Shown here: positions 10,801 through 23,509 of the stretch, piece by piece | Numbering within the stretch: position 1 is the first letter of the stretch | How the letters are laid out: every line of letters starts with the position of its first letter | Source of the DNA: Lama guanicoe | Lineage: Eukaryota | Length of the DNA: 64,000 nt | NCBI GenBank assembly: GCA_013239625.1 | Contig: MU056134.1 | Location: 4,914,714 to 4,978,713 of the forward strand | Direction: 5' to 3' | Made by a program: the position numbers and the translations under genes | The notes under the pieces: model-generated | Databases searched by the model: none | Told to the model about the DNA's origin: nothing | The model's input: only the letters and a program-made list of their open reading frames with translations

Positions 10801-12588
10801 ACAGACTCTGGAGTTAACTGCCTGGGTTCAAATCCTGACTCCTCCTGTTACTAGTTATCTGGTCTTAAATTATGTAGCCTCAGGATCTGGAAAATAGGAT
10901 CAATCTCACAAGGTTGTTGAGAAGATAGAACGAGAAAATGCACGGACTGCACTTAGCACAGTGCCCAGCACATCAAAAATACTCAGTGAGTGGAAGCCAT
11001 TTATATTATTATTTCCTTCCAACTCTGTAGTCAGTGTCTATTAAGAAGACTTTTGTTCTTTCTCGTTCACCACTATAGCCCCACTGCATAGCCTAGTGCA
11101 TACCCCAGCACGTAGTAGGAGCTCAAGAAATATCTGCTGAATGATGGACTATAAGATGATCATCTAAGTATTAAATGTATATCTCTAGCTCAGACCTCTC
11201 CTCTGAGCCTCAGACTTACATATCCAACTACCTGCATTGCGTCTCTACCTGAATGGCTCGCAAGCATCCTAAATTTTAACAAGTTCAAAATAAAAACTCC
11301 TGATTCCTGCCTTCAAAACCTTTCCTTCCTCAGTTTCTTCCGTATCAGTAAATGATACCACCGTCCCCCAGTTATTAAAGTCAGACATCTGGAAATTATG
11401 CCAGAATCTTTCCTCTATCTGACACTAACACATTAATAAATCCTGTTTCTACCTCCAAGATACTGTGAACCTACCCATTTCTCTCTGTATCTTGTACTAT
11501 AACCCTTGCCCAAATCATTTCTTGCCTAGAATACTGCACTGGCCTCTGAATGGTCGCTTTCACTCTTGTCACCCTCAAATCTAAATTCCGCACAGCAGCC
11601 AGAGTGACATTTTAAAAATGCAAATCAGGGGGAGGGTATAGCTCAAAGTGATACAGCACATGCTTAGCATGCATGAGGTCCTGGGTTGAATCCCTAGTAC
11701 CTCCCCTAAAAAGTAAATAAACAAATAAATAAACCTAATTACCTCCCCCCTCAAAAAAAAAAACCTAAAAAAATACAAATCATATCAAGATCATGCCTTT
11801 GCTTAAACCTGTTTCCTTTACACTGCAAATAAATCCAACTCCTTTACTCCAGCTTGCAAGGCCATAATCTGGTTCCCACCCTCTGTGACAATCACATTCT
11901 ATTCCATTCTTTACGTTGCTTGCTACTTTCCAACTACATTGGACTTTTTCTCAATTCTTGAATATTCTGAATTCTTTCCCATGTGAGGACTTTGGCATAA
12001 GCTATTTCCTCCGCCTGAAAAGCTCTGCCTTCTTCAGAATTCTGGTCCTCATTCCTCAAGTCTTGGCGTTAAACTTCACCTCTCAGAGAAATTTTCCCTG
12101 ACCACCACAAACAAATGCTCCCTGGTGTCGTACTCTATTCTCAAAGTTTCTTAATCACTTCTTTAACAATGTTCTGTTTCTTGTATAACTTTCCTATAGT
12201 CTGTAAGTTCTGAGAGGGAAAGGACCAAGCCTATTTTGGTCTTAGCTATATACCCAGCACCGAGAGCCAGACACATATAGTTGCCGCTCAGTATTTGTTG
12301 AATGAAGAAGTCAGGATCAAAGAACAGAACTCTGCCGTGGGCGCAAAAGGCTGGCCGGGGGCGTGACCTCTTTGGAGGCGGAGTTTCCCAACCTCGACCA
12401 GGACCGGAAGCCTGGGCGGGGCTTCCCACCGTGGGCGCTCACGCCTCAGGGCGGGGCTAAGCGGGCAGTGATTTCGCGGTCGGAGTTGGGGCTTATATTC
12501 TCTCTCCCCGAGCAATTTCCTCCCCCAGAGCCCTGGCTCACCCGAAGGCACCTCTCCCCACCACTCGGATCCGCTCGTACTTCTCCAT
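4899..12588 (-). CDS. NEK8: NIMA-related kinase 8 (NPHP9), 698 aa; N-terminal kinase plus RCC1 repeats
   Basis: Exons: 12588-12542, 10529-10324, 10107-9875, 9643-9512, 9007-8799 (GC donor), 8643-8564, 8480-8299, 8177-8027, 7633-7557, 7232-7115, 6447-6297, 6073-5910, 5810-5652, 5468-5310, 4927-4899; total 2097 nt. Starts [16 protein letters not shown]; contains [20 protein letters not shown] and RCC1 motifs (VACG, WGRG); ends ITDEPVPP*. Confidence 0.97.
10676..11010 (+). mobile_element. MIR fragments
   Basis: tgtgtgacactttgggcaagtcattgaac, ctgggttcaaatcctgactc, gcacttagcacagtgcccagcaca. Boundaries approximate. Confidence 0.6.
11050..12305 (+). mobile_element. L2 LINE fragments (NEK8 intron 1)
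   Basis: L2 3' signatures (cccagcacgtagtaggagctcaagaaatatctgctgaatga; tcagtatttgttgaatgaa) and body ctcagacctctcctctgagc. Boundaries approximate. Confidence 0.6.
11628..11768 (+). mobile_element. tRNA-Ala-derived SINE, camelid Vic-1-like, inserted in an L2
   Basis: GGGGGAGGGTATAGCTCAAAGTG...GCTTAGCATGCATGAGGTCCTGGGTTGAATCCC (A/B boxes) with A-rich tail; 14-bp TSD aaaaatgcaaatca (11614-11627) / aaaaatacaaatca (11769-11782). Confidence 0.8.
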
Positions 12589-15200
12589 CTCATTTCTCAG
12601 AGTCACATTTCCGGAACCCCGACAAGCCTAGACGCGGCGCGTGCGCGGACCCTCCCTCCCTGGAGCCACGCCCCCTGTACTGTAAAATAATTGCGGGGTG
12701 GAGCAAGTGGAGCTAGGTGTTGATTCCACCTCTCATCTGTCTTGGCTGATTTGCACTGTTCTTGCAGCCCGAATCTGCAGTCAGTCTAACAGGGTTCAAG
12801 AAATGGGCGATATGCCATTTCTTGGCGCGCTCTGTAAAGGCCAACACAGTACCAGCCACTTAAATGTGGCCGCATCCGGCCCTCGCAAATCTCCTTTAGA
12901 CCAGAAGGGTTCTCCGCGCAGGCCGAGTAAGGTTGGGAAAAGAGGATCGACTTCTCTCTTTCCCCTTCTTTGCCCACTAGTGACGCCGTTTCCGAAGGAG
13001 AGGGCAGATTCTCATTGGCACGCAAACGATAAACACTACTAAAACAACCGAGAGCGTCGGCGCTCTCGGTCTGTGGGGGCAGGGTGCAGGATTAGTTTCG
13101 TGTTTGCCTAGGGAGGGACCGGGGAAACCCTGAGCTGTGCAAGTTGATTCACCTAGGGAGAACGTAACACGATCTCCAGGCTGTCCCGACTAGCGAGCAC
13201 CGCGCTCTTCAACACCCATAATTCCCCCGATGCACACATACAACGCTGCCTCCTACAGCACTCAACTAGGGAGGACCTCCTTGGGGGACAATGGGAGGGA
13301 AGTGGACCACTACCTGAAAGCGTCGGGGAGAGGAGGAAAGACAGTCATTTGGGTTATAGAGGTTCAAGGCTTCTGCCCAGAGGTAGGGGGCTGGTTAGTA
13401 CCAATGTCTAAGATCTTGACCGGAAGTAAGTTTAATTCCAGGTGTCTCCCGGCGCCTCCTGATCTTCACAAGCTCCATAAAAGCTTAGTTAAGGAAGCAG
13501 GAAGGATGGTGATTAGCGTCCCTATTTCTGAGTGGGTGAGGAATATGAGGAAAGGGCTGTTTATCTTCTGCTCCCACCCTGTCCCTTGAAAGGGTGCCTA
13601 TACTATCCGCGTGGAATGACTGCTGGAAGGGCCCTGTGAGGGCCCCTCGGTCGCTGGCTCAGGCTGGTGTGGCTGGCGGACAAAGCTACCCTGTGAGCAA
13701 AGGGGAGCCTAGAGGGAGAAAGCTGCTCAGCCGGGACACTCCGTGCTCTCACCTAGAAACCTTAGTTGACCCAGGAGCCCCACAGGGGTTAATGTGTAAC
13801 CTTGGAGCCTTCGGGGAGGCAGAGCAAACACCCAAACTGCTTGGCGCCTCAGGCTTCTGGCTTTTCCTCCCTTTTGTAGAACCTCCTCACCCCTCTGCCT
13901 CAACTACCCCCATCTCCTTTACCCCTGCCCTCGGTTCTTCACCGCCCTTCCGTTCGCGGAATCTGGCTAACTCTCCGCAACCAACCACCTTGTTTTTTCG
14001 GCGGCGGGAGGGATTTGGCGCCACAGTGAGGACAGGCTGACACCTAGTGGCTGCGATCTGCAACTGCTCCAGGCCGCCGGCCTGCAGAGTGAGGGTCACC
14101 CCAGTAGCCTGGGCCTGCCCCAGCCTCCAGGGAGCAGGGAGAATAGACCTTGGGACTGTCTGAGGGAGGACTGTGACTGCCGCTCGGCCCCAGGAGCATA
14201 AGAGTTTGGGAGAAGGGGCGGTGATGGGTTAGTCGACAGTTTCTAGGCACTGACTCGGTGCGGAACGCGGTAGAGGCAGGTAAACATACTCGTCTCTCGC
14301 CTGAAGAAACTAGTGATCCAGTGCAAGAACAGGGTCCAAATGGAGATCACTGTCAGAAGCTGGGCACCGGCCCGTCCCCAGCACCAGGGATTAAAAGACG
14401 TGGGTGTGTGACGGGTCACGCCCAGCTCTGCCCAGAAGGGAGTTGAGGGCGGAGAGAAAGCTCTCTCAGTACCTGCCCAGGCAGGGGAGTCTGGACCCCC
14501 AGAAAAAGTTAGGGTGCGGGTTAACGAGACGAAGTGAGCGAGCAGGACTCCGTCGGCAGTCGGGAGGCGCCAGCGAGGGATGGCTCGGTGGCGGCGCCCC
14601 TAGGACAGCCGCCTTACCCTGAAGTCCGCGAGAGCCCGGCAGGGCCCAGGGGCCCCCGGGAAACGCCGCTTGCGCCCTCTGAGCTACAGAGGCGCTGGAG
14701 GGGCGGGGACAGGGGGAGGCGGGGCGGGGGCGCGGAGGAGGGGACGGGAGGGGAGAAGGGGCCTACAGGGCTCCGCGGAAACCGTGTGTGAGGCTGGCGG
14801 CCGGCGGGAGAGGCGTCTGGGGTGAACTGGCCCGAGAGGGAGCCCCGTTCCCGAACAGCCCGCGGAGGCCGCCTAGAGGGCGGACAGGTAGAAGGCAGGG
14901 AGGGCCAGCATGCCCCCAATGCCGCTCCCCGTCCTGCTGCTGCTCCTGGGCGCCACGCTGACCTTCCGGGCGCTCCGACACACGCTCTGTCGCCTGCCTC
15001 TGCCTGCACACGTGCGCACCGACGCCCTGCGCACCTGGCGCTGGCACAACCTGCTCGTCTCCTTCACTCATTCCATTGTGTCAGGGATCTGGGCACTGCT
15101 GTGGTGAGTGAAGGACTGGGGGAGTGAAGGCTAGGGGATCCCGCATTACTTGCCGCATCACTCACCAGCGGGCTGAGGCCCAGGCAGTCTCACCTGATTC
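12330..15200. promoter_or_regulatory. Divergent NEK8/TLCD1 promoter region with two CpG-rich blocks
   Basis: Start codons 12588(-) and 14910(+) head-to-head; GC boxes; E2F-like TTGGCGCGC at about 12822; ETS-like TTCCGG at about 12609. Confidence 0.65.
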
Positions 15201-16469
15201 CCAGTTTAGAATGCTGTCCAACCAGGAACTGCAGCAGCCCCAGGGGAGGGGGGAGGTGTCTCACCTAGGAAATGGGAGACACCTGGGTTTAAGCCGCTCT
15301 CCTCCGAGCTCCGCAGTCAGCCAATAGCGTCAGCCCAGTCTCCCCGGGGACTAGCAAGGGTAATGGGGGAAGTTGTGCGTCCTTGGGGATACCGAGATGA
15401 TGAGCGCCTACCTTCTTCCCTCCCAGTATATGGCAGACCCCTGAGATGCTGGTGGAAATTGAGACAGCATGGTCGCTTTCTGGCTATCTGCTCGTTTGCT
15501 TCTCCACAGGTGGGTCTTGCCCAGGAAACATTAAATAGGTGGGGGGACAGGGATAAGTTTGTTCAGTCCCCTTAATACCTCTTCCCCCACCCCTCCCCTA
15601 GGGTATTTCATCCACGACACCGTGGATATCTTGATTAGCCATCAGGCACGAGCTTCTTGGGAATACCTTGTCCACCATGTCATGGTAAGTGAGAAGCAGA
15701 GGATATTGTATAGGCTTAGTGCTAGCAACCTAGTCTCAGCCCTGTCTTTTTGAACCTGGGAGGTATAGGCCATCTTTCAACGCCACTCCAATGACGCCCT
15801 ACATCTTCTCATACTAGAATGCCTTAGGTTGACGGTCTGTGCCCTTGATTCACTATTTGAGGCCAGCAATCAAGGCCTCACCTTAGACTGGAAACTCCAC
15901 CCAGACCAAGAACCTCTGGGCAGGGATCAAAATGGTGTTGAATCCACTGTAAACTCTTCCCAGAAGAAAGCAAATAGGGGAGCACTTCCTAGCCCTTAAA
16001 CCGGTAGCCTTGATATTCTCCCCAACTTTCCAGTTGAAGTCTTGGCATGTGAATTCCCTAACACGTTCTCTCCCTTGCATTGTAGGCCATGGGTGCCTTC
16101 TTTTCAGGCATCTTTTGGAAAAGATTTGTTGGTGGGGGCGTCCTAACACTGCTGGTGGAGGTCAGCAACATCTTCCTCACTATACGAATGATGATGAAGA
16201 TCAACAATGCCCAGGATCTCCTCCTCTATCGGGTGAACAAATATGTCAACTTGGTCATGTACTTTCTCTTCCGCCTGGCCCCTCAGGCCTACCTTACCCA
16301 TTACTTCCTGGGTTATGCTGGCCAGAGGACCCTGGGAACCTTTCTGCTGAGCATCTTGCTCTTGCTGGATGTCATGATCCTCATCTACTTTTCCCGCCTT
16401 CTCCGCTCTGACTTTTGCCCTAACCGTGTTCCCAGCCAGCAACACAAAGACAAGTTCTTGACTGAATGA
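14910..16469 (+). CDS. TLCD1: TLC domain-containing protein 1 (calfacilitin), 247 aa membrane protein
   Basis: Exons 14910-15103, 15427-15509, 15602-15684, 16086-16469 (744 nt, all GT-AG). Motifs WRWHNLLVSFTHS, GYFIHD, YLVHH, EVSNIFL; ends KDKFLTE*. Confidence 0.96.
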
Positions 16470-17056
16470 AAAGCAGAGCTGGGAACTTGTGGCAAGGACA
16501 GCAAACACAGCCAATAACAGCCCCACACATAAATGAAGACTTAGCCCCTTGCCGGAGGCATCCTCTGGGGCCAGCCTCTTCACCCGCTATTGCAAACCCT
16601 AATGAAAGCACTCCTCTGAAGTTCTTGTTCTTTCTTGGACAAGGGGTGAAGGAAGCAGACAGACTGGTTGGGCATGGTAGATGGGTGTTGGGAAAGGTGC
16701 ACCCAACCCACACTGCCCTGAAATGGATGCTAATGAAGACTGCGGATCTCTTCCAGGGATAAAGGTGTTCTTGTAAAGCTTCTTGTTTTCTTTTTTACCT
16801 CTATGACGGAGACAGTTGTCCTAGGACAACTAATCCTAATGTGGGTCATAAGTATCTCTGCTATAAATTCGGTGAGGTGATAGGGCTGAATGTTACAACA
16901 CAATAAGCAAACCAAGTATCTTGCCCAAGCCCTGTTATTTACTTAGGTGTGTATATATCACAGTATGGCCTCCCCCAGACCAACCAGAAATCAACATAAA
17001 GACAAGAAGCATATAGTAAAAATTTTTCTATTTAGAATTAGCCAGCTGGACTGAGT

Positions 17057-20043
<2,987 letters not shown>

Positions 20044-20049
<6 letters not shown>

Positions 20050-20270
20050 CTTCGTGAAAAGGGTTTCGGAGGTCTGTTCCCGCAAGCTTATAGAGCCAAG
20101 TCTCACCGAAAACTCGCGACGCTTTTTATTTAAAGCTGATTGGATAACCTGCAGCCGCAGCGCCCGCCGGGAATGGTAGTTAGATTTAGTTTCCTCGCGA
20201 GAGAGCCTAAACTAGCACCACCCCTCGGCTTGTCAGACGCTAAAGCTTCACGGGTGTTGTAGTTTTTTTG
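20044..20270 (-). promoter_or_regulatory. RPL23A TOP promoter
   Basis: 5'TOP CCCTTTTC at about 20063-20056; TATAAG about 25-30 nt upstream (20087-20092); YY1-like AAGATGGCG over the ATG; CCAAT at about 20140; two ZNF143-type ACTACnnnnCCC motifs (about 20170-20181 and 20253-20264); CTCGCGAG 20194-20201. Confidence 0.75.
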
Positions 20271-21880
20271 CGACACGTGTTTATTTGCTGCGGCGGGTGG
20301 ATGAAGTAGTCCGCTACTGCGCGGATCTGATCCTGAGTGTTTCGCATCTTGAGCAACTTTAGGGAAGGGGATTACAGTTCAAAGAGACAGTAACACTGCA
20401 AACTGGAATTAATATACTGTAGTTAGATTGGCTCAGGTAGAGTAAAGCAAAATTCTAGAACGGTAGAGCAGAATTTGTGCAGTCCAACTCCCTCAGACAA
20501 CATCTGTGGAAACTGAGGTCGAATGAGGGGACGGCTTATTAATAACACAGTGATTCCGTGGAAGAAAAAAGTCAGGCGGAGGAGAGGTGCTAAGTGTCAG
20601 AGAAGGTGGATGGTGGTCACATCTGTCCCTCTTACCAGTGGCAGATTTCATGCGTTTTCCCTATTTCATGTGATTTCTCTTGAAGAGATTCAACAGATAT
20701 TCCAAACACCTAGGGCACAGATTTCTCCAGGATTCGCTCTTCTTGTGAATACTTTCATTCACAGTCCCCTCCCTTTAAGTAGTCTTCCCTGCCTTGCTCC
20801 AGGCAACTTTACATCCTCAAATTCAGTCCCTGACACAGAGCAAAGTTTAGTAAATCTCAGGTTTGCTTCTCTGTGCTTTCCCCACACCCACACCGCCTTT
20901 CTGCCCTCTCCCTCCCCTTTGGAATCAGAGTTTCCCTTTGAAGATGAGATTTGTTATGTGCTATCCCCTCTTCTATCTTGCAGACTGCGAAAAGGAAAAG
21001 TTGTCCTTGAGGGGAGGGAGATTTCCAATGGGGACAGAGCGAAGAATGCCCACACTGGTGGGGCGTCCCCATGTACCAGAGCAGTGAACTCTTCGAAGGG
21101 CGGAATTCTCGGTTCCCCTAGCCCTCTTTTATCCTCCATTGAGGGAGGCAGCTTGGTTTTTGGCCCTCCAACAATTCAATCTACAGGGCAGCCTAGGAGG
21201 AAAAGGCACTAGGCTTCGGACATCTCTCTCCTTGGTGGGCACTTCGTTCCGACCCTAGCACTCCCTCTAAGCTCTCTCCCACCACCCCCCAGGGTAAAAG
21301 GGCGAGCGGGGGCAGACCCTATGAGTCACGTCCTGGCCCTAGAGTTGAGGGAAGCGCCGCCTCTCCTAGAGCCCCTTCTCTCCCTCTTTCCCCTCCCGCT
21401 GGTTCCTGGCACAGCTAGATGCTGCGCAACAGCCACCGATTCCCCATCACCAATTCGTCTGGGTAAGGGTCCCCATGGACGCGCCGCTCGGCACCGGCGG
21501 TGCAGAGGAGAGCGACCTGGGGGATGGATCCCCATCTTGGCAGGTTCCAGCCTGGGTGGGGGCGATCCTGGTCCCCTGTGAGGCGTCTGGCGGGGGAGCC
21601 TGAGCTGGGGCAGCGCCGGAGGGAGGAGAGGAGGGGGAGGCCAGGGCTGGCTGCGAGGCAGGGAGCTGCTGGGAGAGGGGCGGGGGGCGGCCCTTCTCCA
21701 GGAATTTCCGGGGATCAAGTTACAGCACTCGCCGAGGGAGAGCCGAGTGGGACGCGAGGCCCTGCAGTGGACTGGGTCCCTCGCCCCCTCCTCCAGCAGT
21801 CCACCGGCCTTGCTGCGCGGTCCCTGCCCACACTGACCCCGAGTGGCGGGGCCGCGCCGCGCCCCCCGGACCTCTCTGTT

Positions 21881-22237
21881 ATGGTGGGGTCGCCTCAACC
21901 CCGAGTTGTCGTCGGGTCTCCACGGCCTCGCGTTATTGTAGGAACTATCCGGCCCCGAGTTATTGTAGGGTCTTCGAGGACCCGGGTGCCTCCAGACGGG
22001 ACTCCCCGCCCGCATTTGGCGGCCGAGGGGTCTCCCCGACCCCGAGTCGTCTTCGGGACGCCCCGGGCCCGAGTGATTGTGGGTTCACCCCGGCCCCAGG
22101 TGACTGTCTCATCCCCGTGGCCTGCGGTGGTCGTAGCATCCCCGAGGCCACGGGCTCCCGTAGGTTCTCCGTGGCCCCGAGTTATAGTCGGGACCCCTCG
22201 GTCGCGGGTGATTGTCGGGTCTCCGCGGGCCCGGATC
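21881..22237 (+). repeat. Degenerate ~27-bp coding tandem repeat, 13 units, encoding the NARR repeats
   Basis: Recurring cgagttattgtaggg / cgagtgattgtggg / cgagttatagtcggg units; 11 units of 9 codons and 2 of 10. Confidence 0.85.
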
Positions 22238-23509
22238 GCTGGGGCGGATCAGGCCTCAGCGCCTTCTCAGGGCTCCCCGCAAGGCCGCAGGCAAGATGAA
22301 CATTCTGGCGCCGGTGCGGAGGGACCGCGTCCTGGCGGAGCTGCCGCAGGTAGGTTGGCGCCAGGGCCACGTCGGGCTTCTGGCTGCGGTGGGTGTGGGC
22401 GGGAAGAAGGAGGCACCAGACGGGTTAGAAGCTTGGGCCCAGCCCTGCCGCCCAGCTAGGCTTGCTGCTTCTGGGTGGTCCCCTCCCCACCCCAGCCCCG
22501 GGCTGCTGGGCATCTGGACTAGGGCCAGGAATGGGTGAGTCCCATTCTCTTCCATCCCTTTCAGTGCCTGAGGAAGGAGGCCGCTTTGCACGTGCACAAA
22601 GACTTCCACCCCCGCGTCACCTGCGCCTGCCAGGAGCACCGGACAGGCACCGTGGGGTGAGTTAGAGACACCCGGAATAAAGAAAGGAAGTCCCAGAAAA
22701 GCTGTAGTCAAAGCAAGGGTACAGAGCCAACAACTTGGGGCTCCATTTCAGCCTCTACCAGCTATGTGGTTATTTCCCCTTTTCATGCCCCTGTGTTCTT
22801 CCCTTTCTTCCAGCAAGGTTGTGGAGAGTGCTCTGAGATGGGGTGGGGTAGAAAGGTGGCAGTTTAATTTCTGACACTGAGAAGATGTCCAACACGAGGG
22901 TGTGGTCACCAACTCAGCTTCCCACACACCATCTATCTGGACTCCAGGGCAAGTGGTATTGCCTAGAGGGTTGAGTCCCATTGTAGGTGGAAAAAAACAA
23001 AGTAGTAGTTATAAAAGTTGGCCACAATTAACTGAGCACTTACTGTGTCCCAAGCTGTATGTTGGGTACTGTTATTGTCCTTTATTAAATGGAAAACATC
23101 TTCACTTTTAAGATGTATCTGATTTCAGAGTTGTTAAAATTGTGTGTGTGGGGGGCTATATCTCAGAATATAGGACATTTATCTCATTTTAACCTTTGCA
23201 ACAACCCAGTAAAATATATGTTAAATCCCCAGTTAACAAATGTTGTAACTGAGGCTCAGAGAGATTAAGAAATGTGTCCTAAGTCACACAGCTAGTAAGT
23301 GTGAGAGCTGGAATTCAAATTCACTTCTCTCTGATACTGAAGCACAAAACACTCCTCTCCAGCACATCTGTCCAGGCCTGGTGTCTATGGTAACCTCAGC
23401 CTGGGTGCACCTAACTTTGTGGACCTACTATATAGGGAGCATTGGGACTCCTCTGGGTGAAACAGCTAGTGCTCACTCTTACTGCTCACTCTTGTGTCAG
23501 CAGATTTAA
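21881..23509 (+). CDS. NARR: NARR (nine amino-acid residue repeats), alternative-frame protein overlapping RAB34, 188/189 aa
   Basis: ATG 21881 (gttATGg); exons 21881-22349, 22565-22656, 23501/23504-23509. Thirteen ~9-aa repeats of type IVGSPRPRV, then ...GRRQDEHSG...VPEEGGRFARAQRLPPPRHLRLPGAPDRHRG(Q)I*, matching human NARR as recalled. Confidence 0.88.

Noticed and set aside
11628-11705. tRNA-Ala gene
   Set aside because: It is the head of a SINE with an AT-rich tail and TSD.
21326-22015. 229-aa minus-strand ORF with RRPYNNSGP-like repeats
   Set aside because: Antisense shadow of the GC-rich NARR repeat and CpG island; no independent support.
21881-22237. CRISPR-like or other prokaryotic repeat array
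   Set aside because: The window is mammalian; the repeats are contiguous, degenerate, codon-phased and have no unique spacers.
23381-23394. X-box-like GTGTCTATGGTAAC in RAB34 intron 2
   Set aside because: Two mismatches to the consensus; too weak without conservation data.
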